DNA of 64,000 nucleotides from Hyaloraphidium curvatum SAG 235-1 (Eukaryota > Fungi > Monoblepharomycota): contig JAIVFI010000040.1 of assembly GCA_025558095.1 (NCBI GenBank), positions 186,001-250,000 on the forward strand. Reading direction: 5' to 3'. The translations under genes were made by a program, and so were the position numbers. The notes beneath the pieces are model-generated. The model made no database searches and was not told the DNA's origin. It worked only from the letters and a program-made list of their open reading frames with translations. Positions 1-12,055 of this stretch are shown piece after piece (positions within the stretch are counted from its first letter, which is position 1; the number at the start of each line of letters is the position of its first letter).

Positions 1-292
1 TGATGGGCACTTTCGCGATGAAGTACCTGAAGGAGATGCCGGCGGAGCAGCTCGCAGAGTTCGATTCGCTGCTCAAGGAGAACGACTGGGACATTTACTA
101 CGTGGGTCGCTGATCCCGGGCCGGCCAGCCGTCTCTGACCGAATGCAGTGGGCAACGGGCGCCAAGGAAGCTCCGGAGGACATTAAGGAGCTCTCCATCT
201 GGCCGCACGTGGTCGAGCACGCGAAAAACAAGGGCAAGAAGATCCTGCGGATGCCGGACCTGTCGGGAGGAAAGAGCGACCTCGATCCCTAG
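1..292 (+). CDS. SDH5: Succinate dehydrogenase assembly factor 2 (Sdh5/SDHAF2), 3' part only
   Basis: Spliced translation ...[32 protein letters not shown]|[11 protein letters not shown]...ILRMPDL matches the Sdh5 NDWDIYYW and RMPDL motifs; intron 102-148; TAG 290-292. Confidence 0.9.
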   Translation, partial: DGHFRDEVPEGDAGGAARRVRFAAQGERLGHLLRGSLIPGRPAVSDRMQWATGAKEAPEDIKELSIWPHVVEHAKNKGKKILRMPDLSGGKSDLDP

Positions 293-696
293 CGAGGAGA
301 GCAGATTGCTTCACCGGTACATGCTAGGACACCGCGGCTCAATGTATTGCTCAAGCATTTGCTTCGACTCCGGATCAGTTGCCGCACCGGGGTTCAAGAG
401 ATGGCCACCACACGACCGCGGAATCGGAATGGCAGCAATGCAGCGCACGGTCATGATCAATTCATGTCAGATTAGAGTGTCCGAGCCTTTTCCCTCTTTT
501 CCCTCGCCACCCTCCCCTCATCCCCAGTGCGGGCGTTCAGCGCCCCTCTTCCTTGCCGCAGCCATTGGCAACGATACCCGCGTGCCAGTGCTCAAGTCCC
601 CGCCACCAGGCGACCTCCACGTCCTCCCCCACAAGAACACATCCGGACGCACCATGAGCGCCCCTGCCCTCTCCAAGGGGCATAACCCGCCGCCTC

Positions 697-1436
697 TCAC
701 GGCGACTTGGACGCCAGCGCCAGCGCGATCTGTCCCCGCAGCTGCTCCGCGTCCGAGCCGACGTACTCGTCGAACTTTTCGCCGCCGCGGTAGAACTGGA
801 ACGTGGGGGTGTACTCGACCCTGCAGCGCCATAAGGGGAGGGACGCGGTTGAGCGCGGGCAGAACTTACTCGCAGCCCTGTGCAATCTCGGAAAAGTCGT
901 CCGTGTCGACTGCCGGAACCGGTTAGATCGCGGGGCAGAGGAATAGGGAGGAGGAGATTATCAATCGGCGACCACTCGAGCTGCGCGGGCGCAAAGCGGC
1001 GCACCCTTCGCAAACAGGATGCTGGGATACATGTCCATGCAGGCCAGGAATTTGGGCTCGATGAGCTGCGGAGGTTGGCGCGTGAGCGCCTGGTCCCGAC
1101 GCGTCCGTGGGAGACGCGACGAACCCGACACGGGGGACACCACGTCGTCGAGAAATAAACCAGCACGACGCCCGGCCCGCGGATGATCCGGTTGAAATCG
1201 TCCGTCGACTCGACGACGTGCAGCCTTCGCCCGGCGGATGGCGAAGCGGGGGACACCGAAACCGCGCTCTCCTTGGGCGCGTCGGCGGACTGCGCGGGTC
1301 AGCTCGGCCGCGGAGCCGGGGTCGGGGCACGCACGTGGAACGAGTGCGAATCGGTGAACGACGTCGGGCGGTGCGGCTCCCCCGCCGAGCCGGCCCACGA
1401 GGCGATCGACGCCGACGACGCGTTCCGCGCCTCCAT
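697..1436 (-). CDS. Thioredoxin-domain protein (WCPPC active site), multi-exon
   Basis: Exons give ...VVLVYFSTTWCPPCR|LIEPKFLACMDMYPSILFAK|VDTDDFSEIAQG..|VEYTPTFQFYRGGEKFDEYVGSD; probable ATG at 1436. Confidence 0.85.
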
Positions 1437-1959
1437 CGCGGGCCTGCGCTGCCCGGGTGCCGGGCGGGGCGCGGCGCGGGATGTGACGTGGCGGCCGCCG
1501 CTTCGGGCGGGCGCCCCGCGCCGACGGACAGTGGCACGATCGCGCTGGGTCGAAAAGTGGCAGGGAGACTGACGATGCCGCGCCGCCCGAGGACCCCGAA
1601 AGACATCTCCGTCCGCCGTTCCCAGCCCATCGCCCTAGCAGCCGCGCAAATGTCGGCCCCCGCCGTGAGTTTGCGCCGCAGGCGATTTGCATCGGCCGGC
1701 GGTCGAGGGCAAGCTCACGCTCTGGTGTCCCGCACCCCGTCGCCGCCCCGCGACCCTGTCGGCCACTCGGCGCCGCCCCCCACGGCCTCTCTTTTCGCCG
1801 CCCCGTGCGGATCTCGCACATTCTACGATCCGCATCGCAGGCCAAAGTCGAAGCCGTCGTGCAGGAGACCAGCGCCCACACGGTTCGTTGGCCGGGCGAA
1901 GAACCCTGTACCGCGGTCTGATTGGAGCATCCTCGCGATCTTTTCCGCACCCTGCGGGG

Positions 1960-2246
1960 ATGATGTCCCAGGAGGAGCTCAAGAAGAAGAACGCGGACGC
2001 CCTCGCCGCCTTCACGAACGCGGGCACGGCCTCGGCGAACTCGACGACGGTCGGTGCAAAGGAGATGGAGGCACTTCACGACAAGGTAGGCTCCTGCCCC
2101 TGGGGACCGCCAGCTGGACCATGGCTGGCCCGCGGATGGCAGCGGAGGCGTACGAGCTGCGCGATCGCTGGTGATGGGCGGCGATAAGCGGTGGTGACGG
2201 GACTGATCACCTGCCGTCCCAGAACAAGCTTCTTGAGAAGAAGTAG
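1960..2246 (+). CDS. Putative ~49-aa microprotein, two exons
   Basis: MMSQEELKKKNADALAAFTNAGTASANSTTVGAKEMEALHDK|NKLLEKK*; GC3-biased codons, GTAGG donor near 2086, CTGAT..CAG acceptor at 2222. Confidence 0.45.
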
Positions 2247-2509
2247 AGCGCGGGCCTGCTGGCAGCTGGATCGCACATGCTGGCTACTGTATTATTATGA
2301 CCTAAAAGGGCGCCTCGTGCGTGATCGGGGGCAGGGAGTGGTGAGGGGGACCGCCAACCCCCGCGGACCGGTCCCTGAACCTCGCGTCGTCGGCTCCCCC
2401 CTCCCCTCCCCTCCCCGTCGGCGCGGCACCCGTCCCCGCCGCCCGCGCCCGCGTCCCCAGGCCGCCCCCGCCCGCCGCGCGCCCGGGGCCCCCGATCCCC
2501 CGCCCCGCG

Positions 2510-3932
2510 ATGCGCGCCCTCTCGTGGGCCGCGGCCGCGGCGGCCCTCCTGGCCGCCGCCGCGCCGGCCGCCGCGCAGAACTACATCCAGGCGATGCAGG
2601 CCGTGTCGTCGGGTGCGCGCCGCCCCGCCCCCCGCGCCCCGCCGTCCCTGACCCATCCCCCCGCGCACCCAGGTCAGCTCGTGCGGCCCTACAACCTGAG
2701 CACGATGCTCGGCGTGGTGCAGTCCGTGCCGTACATCAACCAGGTGCGCACGCCGCCCGGCTCCGTCGGGCCTCGCCGCACCCGCGGGGCTGACCCCGCC
2801 GCCCCGATCCCCCAGCTCGCGAGCGGCCAGGTCCCCGGCCTGACCAACATCACCATGTACGCGCCGACAAACGCCGCGTTCCAGACGCTGGCGCAGCAGA
2901 TCGCAGAGTCGGGCATCAGCCTGGACCTGACCAACGAGGCGGACCGGCAGCAGCTGCTGCTCTACCACTTCTCGCCCTACTACGTCGAGGAGGTGCAGGA
3001 CGGGGTCATCCTGCCCACCATGCTCCAAAACGGCTCCTTCACCAACGTGCGTCGCACCCATGCGCGTACCGGCCTCGCTTGACGGTTTCCTGCGCAGCTG
3101 AACCCGCAGAACCTGGTCGTGCGGTTCCGCCCGAACCAGGGCCCCGAGCTCATCCACGGTCTTCTGGCCGCCGGTGTCATCGACACCATCATCACGGCGT
3201 GCGTAGTTTTGGCGTCCGCGTCGGTGACCGCGCTGACGCCCCCGCAGCAACGGCCCCATGAACGTGCTCGACCAAGTGCTCGTGCCGCCTGTCACGCCCG
3301 TACTCACGCTCACGAACGCCGGGCTCACTGAGTTCCTGCGGGCGGCGCAGGCCACCAGCCTGATGCCCGCGCTCAACACCCTCCCCGGAGTCACCATGTG
3401 GGCAGGCCCGCCGCCCTTATCTTTGCGCCCCGCTGACCCCGTGCGTGCCGTGCAGGTTCGTCCCCAACAACGCGGCCATCACCAGCTGGATCGCCTCCCA
3501 GAACGCGACCTCGATCCAGTACCCATCGCAGATCGCCGACGTGCTGCGCTACCACGTCGTGCAGGGCGTGCTCTACTCGTACAACTTCACCGACGGCGTC
3601 GGGTACCGCACGGCGCAGGGCGACCCCGTCTTTTTCTCGGGCAGCATCGGGAACTTCTCCATCGGAAACGCCAAGATCATCGTGCAGGACCTGCTGACCA
3701 CCAACGGCGTGGTGCGTCCCGCTTCCGGCGGGACCTTCCGATCCGGCCTCACCCGTTCCCCGCGCAGATCCACGTCATCGACCAGGTCCTCGACCTGCCC
3801 TACGTCAACCCCGTGCTGCCGCCCGCCGTCGGGCCCGACGGCAAGCCCGTCACGGGCGCTGCTGGGCGCACCTCGGCGACCCTGCTCGCCGGGTTGCTGG
3901 CGCTGGTAGCGGCGTTCTTCGTGGCTGCGTAG
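2510..3932 (+). CDS. Secreted/GPI-anchored fasciclin protein with two FAS1 domains
   Basis: Signal peptide; TMYAPTNAAF...LLLYH; TMFVPNNAA...LRYHVV; IHVIDQVL; hydrophobic C-terminal tail; several introns. Confidence 0.88.
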
Positions 3933-4490
3933 GGAAGACATAGAGTGCATCGGTCTGACTATCGTCGATATGTATCGGGTTGGTATTAAGGAACCGCGTA
4001 ATGCTCTACGGCTGGTCTGCTTTCACCTCTGAGGCCTGGACGGATAGGTTATGGTCAACCCATATTTTTTGTGATTAGGGAATTCCCGCACCCGTGCAAC
4101 ACCCTCCCTCCTCCTTCCTCCCATCGCCGGCACGATGTCGTCCGTGTACGTATTTCCCCCTCCCCGACTTCCCCGGTTGCGTCAAGGCACCGCCGAACCG
4201 GCGTGCCGCGGCCGGCCGCGCGGACCCACTCCACCTGCCAACTCCTCCCGCTCCGCGGGGACCTGGGGCACAGAGGCCACCTCTCGCCCTGAAACGCATG
4301 GATGAAGGGCCTCCTCGCGGAGCCCTCCGGCTCCCGGCACCGCCGCCCCCGGGCGCGCGGCCGGGGAACTGCCGCACGGCCTTGCGGCCCGCGGTGAAAC
4401 GCATCGGATAGGCGCGCTGGCAAAGGCCGCCGCCCGTTCCCGCTGGTATCCTGCCCCGCTGGGGCGACGGGCTGCTCCCGTTCTCGACCG

Positions 4491-5637
4491 ATGTTGGCGT
4501 GGGGTGGGGCCGGACGGTGCTCACGCTATTTGTCCCGCAGCGAGAAGCCGACCGTCCCCGAGACGATCCTCAAGAAGAGGAAGACCTCCGAGAAGAACCA
4601 GGCCGAGGCGGCCGCGCAGGCGCTCGAGAAGCGCAAGGTGCGTCGCCGGCGTCGGACGGGCAGCGGGCGGACGGGCGCGGGTGATGACCTGCCAACGGCA
4701 TTCGGACGAGCCGCGAGGCGATGGAGTCGCAAACATACCATCTTTCGGGACTGAACGCGCCCGGATCGGACCGTGGGGGAGAGGACGGCGGCTAACGCTG
4801 ACGTCCCGCCGCTGCAGGAGTCGCGGAAGAAGCGCCAGGTCATCTTCAAGCGCGCCGAGCAGTATGTCAAGGAGTACCGGGCGAAGGAGCGGGAGGAGAT
4901 CCGGCTGAAGCGGCAGGCCAAGTCGATGGGCAACTTCTACATCCCGGAGGAGCCCAAGCTCGCCTTTGTCGTTCGGCTGAAGGGGTGGGTGTCGCTTTGC
5001 GCCTGTGGCATTACGGCCGGACCTAACCGGATGCCTTTCCTCGGCAACCAGTATCAACAAGATGCACCCCAAGCCCCGGAAAACGCTCCAGATCATGCGC
5101 CTGCTCCAGATCAACAACGGCGTGTTCATCAAGCTCAACAAGGCGACGCTGAAGCAGCTCGTCCTCATCGAGCCCTTCATCGCATGGGGGTGCGTTGTCT
5201 TGTCTTGACTTCATTTGGATGAGAATGGTTGCTGACCGCCGTCGTCGTGTTACCAGCTACCCGTCGGTCAAGACGGTCCGCGACCTGATCTACAAGCGCG
5301 GGTTCGCCAAGGTCGACGGCCAGCGCATTCCCATCACCTCCAACGAGGTGATCGAGCAGGCCCTCGGCAAATTCGGCATCCAGTGCATCGAGGACCTCGT
5401 GCACGAGATCGCCACCGTCGGCCCGGCCTTCAAGCAGGCGTCGAACTTCCTCTGGCCCTTCAAGCTCTCGAACCCGACCGGCGGATTCAAGGGCAAAAAA
5501 GCAGTGCATTTCGTGCAAGGAGGTGAAGGAGGTGAGGAGAGAAAGGAGAAGGAGAGAAGAAGGAGAAGCTGACCTTCCTTTTCCTCACAGGCAACCGCGA
5601 GGACAAGATCAACGCCCTCATCGCACGGATGATCTAG
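4491..5637 (+). CDS. RPL7: 60S ribosomal protein L7 (uL30), 6 exons
   Basis: [10 protein letters not shown]; [12 protein letters not shown]; [11 protein letters not shown]-like motif; LIYKRGF; [14 protein letters not shown]; [11 protein letters not shown]. Confidence 0.98.
4673..4762 (+). ncRNA. Intronic box C/D snoRNA, snR39B/SNORD2-like
   Basis: Box C GTGATGA (4681), box D CTGA (4751-4754), terminal stem GGGCGCG/CGCGCCC; guide ACCATCTTTCGGG is complementary to conserved LSU rRNA CCCGAAAGATGGT; lies in the 180-nt RPL7 intron 2 (4638-4817). Confidence 0.9.
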
Positions 5638-5945
5638 ATGTCTCTTTTGCTGTAAATAGAGACTCTGGGACCGATCTCATTTGTGTTCATCCTGTGTCCT
5701 GGAGTTCGGCGGCGGGACTGCATAAAGGTCCGGGGGCGTCGGCAACCGACCATCGATTAGTCCTTGGTTCCTCGTGTTTCGCCTCCTCTAGAGGGTCAAT
5801 GAATGCCGTGGCATTCCAAACGAAGCTGCTTTTGCCGCTGGACGGCACGGAATCGAGCACGCTGAGCAGGGGTGATCGAGGCGCGCGGTAGCGCAAGGGG
5901 AGGTGCACCTCGCGTCCCCTCCTTTCCGCCCCCGGACGGTGCGCG

Positions 5946-8286
5946 ATGAACCGCGCAGGGGACGAGACTGCGGACGCGGGCCTCCTCCATGTGTCACTGA
6001 ACGAGGTGGGCCTGCCTGTCGACGCGTATCGGTCCCCTTAGCGACGTTCCGTGTCCCCTGCTGCGACTCGACAGGACGCCTCGTGCCTGGCCCTCGGCAC
6101 GGCGCGCGGCTTCCGCGTCCTCCTCTCGGACCCGTTGCAGGAAGCATCACGGAGGGAACTGCCCCGCGGCCCCGCGGGCGTGGGACTGGCGGCCATGCTG
6201 GGTCGGACGAACATCCTGGCGCTGGTCGGCGGCGGCAGGGACCCGCGGTGGCCGCCAAACAGGGTGGTGCTTTGGGACGACGCTGCTGGCGCCGAGGTCT
6301 GCACGATAGAGTGCGGCGGAGAGGTCAAGGGGGTGAAGCTCAGGCGGGACGGGTGGGTTCCATCTTGGCGACTCTGCACGTAGCCGGCGGAGCTCATTTG
6401 CCCTCGATTCATTCAGCTTGATCATTGCTCTGGCGAGCAGAATCCTTGTCTACACCCTGTCGATGTCGCCGAAACGCCTGCATTCCCTGGAAACGGGCCC
6501 GAACCCGCGTGGCATCTTTGCGCTTTCGACGGACCCGTCGGCGGCTCTTCTGGCCTTTGCGGCACGGACAAAGGGCCAGATCCAGGTCGTTGACCTGACG
6601 CGTTCGCTGGCCGGAGCGGCTCGGGGCCAGAAGGCGCCCACGGCGCCGGCGGCATCCATCATCTCCGCACACACGTCGCGAATAAGCTGCCTGGCCCTGT
6701 CTGCTCAAGGCAACAGGTTGGCTTCGGCTTCCGAACGCGGCACGCTCATTCGGATCTACGATGCGAGGACGGGCAAGCTCACAAACGAGCTGCGGCGGGG
6801 TGTGGACCAGGCGGAGATCTTTTCCTTGGCTTTCAACCCTTCGGGCACCCGGATATGCGTTGCCTCGGACAAGGGTACCGTGCACGTGTTCAATCTCGCC
6901 GATCCGGCGCAGGCAGAAGCTGTCGCGGCGGCCGAATCTGCTAGACCCGAGGCAATCCCGGATTTCGACCCCGACGATCTCTCTGCCCCGTGGCCAACGG
7001 CGTCGGCGCCCAACGGTTCCCTTCCCCTTTCGAAAACTTTACCTGCTACGCTGCTTTCCACTCTGTCTCCGTCGCCCTCGCCGTCAGGGAACCGGCAATC
7101 GCATCTCTCGTTCCTGCCCTCCTACCTGCTGCCCAAATACTTCTCTTCGGAATGGTCCTTTGCCCGATTCTCTGTTCCTGTGGAAACTCGCTGCCTGGCC
7201 GCTTTCGTGCCTTCCTCTCCCGCTTCCCCATCGCAGCAGGAAGCCTTGGACTTGGAATCTCTCCTCATCCTGTGCGCGGACGGCGGCGCGTACAAGGTGG
7301 CTTTCGACCCCGTGCGTGGCGGAGACGGGACGGTGCAGTGGTTCCGGCGGTACTACCGCCCACCTGGCAGCCGCGGCGGCAAATGGATTGGCGTCGACGA
7401 CGAGGAGTTTTTCGAGCGGCTCGAGCCAGGTTGGGATGCTGACAAAGAAGATTGGACCGAGTCGCCGCCCGAGAAGCGGGCCGATCCGACCGAACGAATC
7501 TACCCCGAAGTGGATGCCTTGTCGGACGAGCTCAGAGCCGGAGTCACGGACTTGGGGCGGCCGACTTCGTCACGCGCAGCCGACAGGTCGCGAGAGGACC
7601 ATCGCCCGCCGGCGGAGGAATCTCCCAAACGGCTGCCCCGCGACCATCAGGCAGCACAATCGCCCGCGCGAGATATTCCGCTGCCGCAGCAGGCAGCGTC
7701 GCCTCCGCGAAAGAGGGCTGGTGAGCCTGCAGCTGAGCCCAAAGGATCTCCGGCGAGGTCGACCGAGGGATCTGCCAAGGCTGTGGCTGCTTCCGCGACT
7801 CCGGCTTCTCCAGCGCGACCTTCACCACCATCTCCACTCCCGGAAATTACGCAATCGCAGCAGCAGCAGGCTCCAAATGGCCTTCCGACCTCACAGGGAA
7901 GCCCGCCCGCTCGATCGCCGAAACACTCGACGCCGCCTCGCTCTCCCCGGCGACCTGCAGATGTTACTGCAGCCAGCACGGCAAAGCAAGCGCAGAAGCA
8001 GACGGAAGCGGCACCGGCGCCGGCGATCGAGGACCTCATGGGCGCCGCGCTGTCTGGGACCATGTCGGCGCCGTTTTTCGCACCAACTGCCCCGCCGCAG
8101 CACCGCGAGATCGCCGTTCCCAAAGCCCCTCGTCCCCGGCCGGTTGCTGCTGCGGACGGAAAGCGCGACATGGCGGCGTCGACGTCGGCTCTGAACAAGG
8201 GCAAGGCTCGCCGCCCGACAGACGAGTCGCTCTCTCGATCGATGGTCGTGCCGTCCCAGGTGGAAGATTGGGAGATGGACCTTTGA
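5946..8286 (+). CDS. HSV2: PROPPIN WD40 protein Hsv2/WDR45(B)-like with a long disordered C-terminal tail
   Basis: MLGRTNILALVGGG..P..PPNRVVLWDD; AHTSRISCLALS; ASASERGTLIRIYD; ELRRG; SDKGTVHVF; LPKYFSSEWSFARF; two 5' introns. Confidence 0.92.
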
Positions 8287-8402
8287 GGGGACTGGCTTTG
8301 CTGCGATGTATTGCACTACTGCTGATTGTGCTTGGTCATTCATGCGATGCGGAGGGGGAGCAGACTTGCCACAGGACGTCTCCCGCCGCAACTCCGCGAA
8401 CA

Positions 8403-9697
8403 ATGGCTTCCAATCCTTCCGCAGTCCTAGCGGCGACACCGGGGGCCGGTGCCGTCGTCATGCCCGTTGACGTACCGGCTTTGGAGGCGTACTGCGTGGC
8501 GAACATCCCCGGTTTCAAGGCCGGCATGCTGTCGGTTCCGCGGCCCCCGCGATGCCACTCTGCGCTCAAGTTTCCAACAGGCTCGGTCAATTCGGACTCG
8601 GACAGAGCAACCCGACCTATGTAATCATTGATGGCTCTGGCAGACACTTTATCATGCGGTCGGTAACCGTTCTGCGCGCCTCGTTCACCGCAGTACCTCT
8701 GATCTCACATTTCTGCAGCAAGAAACCGCCGGGGAAACACCTGTCTCCCACGTTGCACAACGTGGCGCGAGAATTTCGCGTGCTCGACGCGCTTGCCAGG
8801 GGCAACACGGGCTACGCTTCGCCCCGCCCGTACACCCTCTGCACGGACGAGGCCGTGATCGGCTCAGATTTCTACGTCATGGAGTACATCGGGCCGGGCC
8901 GCATTCAGACGCTGGAGATTACCCTACCGGGAGCACGGGACGCGGCGGAACGAAGGGCCATGTGGGTCGAATACCTCCGGAAGATGGCCGAGCTGCATCG
9001 GATCGACTACAAGAAGATCGGGCTCTCCGGCTTTGGGAAGGACTCTGGCTACTTCCCGAGGAACATTGCCAACTGGGCCCGGCTGTGCCGGCAGCAGGCG
9101 CAAGTTAAGAGCTTGATCGACGGGAGCGTCATCGGCGAGCCTCCGATGCTGGACGAGATCGTGAGCTGGCTGGAAAAGAACTGCATACCGGACGAGGCGA
9201 GCATTATGCACGGGGATTTCAACTTCCACAACGTCATGTTCGACCCTGCGGAGCCTCGGATAATCGCCGTGCTCGACTGGGAGCTGTGCACGATCGGCCA
9301 TCCCCTGGCGGACCTTGGGATGCCTCTGGCATCCTTCCATGCCCCCGGTTTTCGGCCGCCGCCCGGTACACCTTCACCAGAGGAGGTGATGGCCATTTAC
9401 TGTGCGGCGGCCGGGAGGAAATACCCGATTGAGGGGGTCGCTTTCATAATGGCGTTCAAGATCTTCACGCTCCTAGTCATATCTCAGGGGATCGCCGTTC
9501 GATATCACCAGAAGTGGGTCGCCGAACGGCGGTTCATTGGCAACCACACTGATTCCCCCGAATCAAACAGGCAGAACGCGTCGCCGAGGGCCAAGAACGT
9601 TGCGGAGAACTGGAAAACCTACGCCGACTTCACGCTCAAGCTGATGGGCTACAAGCACAATCTGAGCCCGGAGTTTCGGCTGGGGGCGCACCTGTGA
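8403..9697 (+). CDS. APH-family phosphotransferase (ACAD10/11 N-terminal kinase-like)
   Basis: QFGLGQSNPTY; KKPPGKHLSPTLHNVAREFRVL; FYVMEY; MHGDFNFHN; VLDWELCTIGHPLADL; probable in-frame introns. Confidence 0.9.
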
Positions 9698-9826
9698 TGG
9701 TCATGGATGCTTGGAGCCTGTAGTTTGCCAATGGAAGAGAGAATCCGGGAATGATACAGTAGTCTAACTGTTTGTCGAGGTAGAAGTGCGGAATCTCCGT
9801 CCTCAACTCGCCCGCCTCCCACCCCC

Positions 9827-11985
9827 ATGGCAGCCCGTACGCTCCCGCTGGGTGCCGCGTGCCGCGCCCTCGGAGCGCGCCCCGTGCTGCGCGGCGCGCC
9901 GCGGGGGCTCCGCGCGTCTGTTGCGGCGCCTGCGCGCCACGTCCACGCGTCGCCGCGCGCCGCCGCGTCGACCGCGCCGGCGGCCGAGGGCCCCGCGGAC
10001 TACATCGCCACCGCGCCGCGCTTCCGCGATGCGCGCTTCCCCGTCGACCCCGACGACCCCGGCACGCTGATCGAGGACACCGTCGACCGCAACACGGACC
10101 TCTTCCGCGACAACGCCGCGGCCATGGCTAAGATCACCGGCGAGCTGTCCGCAAACATCGAAAAGATCAGGCTCGGCGGCCCCGCAAAGGCCCGTGCCCT
10201 GCACATCTCGCGTGGCAAGCTGCTGCCGCGCGACAGGATCGGCGCGCTGCTCGACCCCGGCTCGCCCTTCCTGGAGCTGAGCCAGTTTGCCGGCTGGGAA
10301 CTGTACGGCGAGGACCACGTGCCCGCGGGCGGAATCATCACGGGCATCGGGCGGGTGTCGGGCATCGAGTGCATGGTGGTGGCGAACGGTGGGCTTGTCT
10401 CGCGGCATGCTTGCCTGAGGTCAAAGCTCATTTCGTTGCTCTGTCTTTGCCTGCTGGTACAGACAACACGGTCAAGGGCGGCTCCTATTACCCCATCACC
10501 GTGAAGAAGCACCTCCGCGCCCAGGAAATCGCTAAGGAGAACCACCTGCCCTGCATCTACCTTGGTGGGTTGGAGCCTCTCTCTTCTATAGTCTCAGGCC
10601 GCTGACGCGCCAATAATGATCGCAGTCGACTCTGGCGGCGCAAACCTGCCGCGCCAGGCCGACGTGTTCCCCGACCGCGATCACTTCGGCCGAATCTTCT
10701 ACAACCAGGCCACCATGTCGTCCATGGGAATCCCCCAGATCGCCGTGGTGCTCGGTAGCTGCACCGCCGGCGGCGCGTACGTCCCCGCGATGGCGGACGA
10801 GAGCATCATCGTTCGCAACCAGGGCACCATCTTCCTCGCGGGACCTCCAGTGAGTTTCTCGCCTTTTCCTCTCCACAACGTCTTTTCTGATCCTTTGCTT
10901 GCTTGCAGCTCGTCAAGGCGGCAACCGGCGAGGTCATTTCCGCCGAGAACCTCGGCGGCGGCGAGCTCCACGCCAAGACGTCCGGCGTCGTCGACCACCT
11001 CGCCACAAGCGACGCGCACGCCCTTTCCCTCGCCCGCCGCGTCGTCGCATCCCTCAACCGCCGCCGGCCTCCGCACTCTGAGCTCCTGATCCGCCAGCCC
11101 GTGGAACCACTTTACGACGCCTCGGACATTGGCGGGATCGTCGGCGACAACGTCCGCCGGGGCTTCGACGTCCGCCAGGTGATCGCGCGCATCGTCGACG
11201 GCAGCAGGTGGAACGAGTTCAAGGAATGGTACGGCCCCACCCTGCGCTGCGGCTTCGCGCGCGTGCACGGCATGCCCGTCGGCATCCTCGCCAACGACGG
11301 CATCCTCTTTTCCGAGTCGGCGCTCAAGGGCGCGCACTTCATCGAGCTGTGCTCGCAGCGCGGGATTCCGCTCGTGTTCCTGCAGAACATCACGGGCTTC
11401 ATGGTCGGGTCCGCCGCCGAGGCCGGCGGCATCGCCAAGGTGGGCACAAAGCACCTCGTTTGCCGACGCTCCGCCGCTCACCATCATCGATCAGAACGGA
11501 GCCAAGCTCGTCACGGCCGTCTCCTCCGCCCCCGTCCCCAAATTCACCTTCCTCATCGGCGGCTCCTTCGGCGCCGGCAACTACGGCATGTGCGGCCGCG
11601 CGTACCAGCCGCGGTTCCTGTGGATGTGGCCCAACGCCCGGATCTCGGTCATGGGCGGGGAGCAGGCCGCGGGGGTGATGGCGCAGATCACCAGGGACGC
11701 CAAAGAGAAGAGGGGGGAGAGCTGGGCGGCGGAAGCCGAGGAGGAGTTTAAGCGGCCGCTGAGGGAAAAGTACGAGGCCGAGGGGCACCCGTACTTCAGC
11801 AGCGCTAGGTGGGTTCTCCAAGACGTGGCTTCCCGGGAACAGCGACTCATTCTCGTAACAGGCTTTGGGATGACGGCATCATCGACCCGAAGGACACTAG
11901 GACTGTGCTGGCGTTGGGACTGAGTGCGGCGCTCAACGCTCCGATCCAGCGGACGCGCGGCGGGTTCGGCGTGTTCCGCATGTAG
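9827..11985 (+). CDS. MCCC2: Methylcrotonyl-CoA carboxylase beta subunit, mitochondrial
   Basis: Presequence; [10 protein letters not shown]; [22 protein letters not shown]; [29 protein letters not shown]; [15 protein letters not shown]; FGVFRM*. Confidence 0.97.
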
Positions 11986-12055
11986 AACGTGGCCATTTGG
12001 CAGGAAAAAGGCATACACGACAGAGCTATTCTGATGCCGATCGCCAACGAGCACA

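Noticed and set aside
2170-2212. GTGATGG...CTGA with a short stem in the microprotein intron (possible snoRNA)
   Set aside because: Imperfect box C, only about 40 nt, and no recognisable guide
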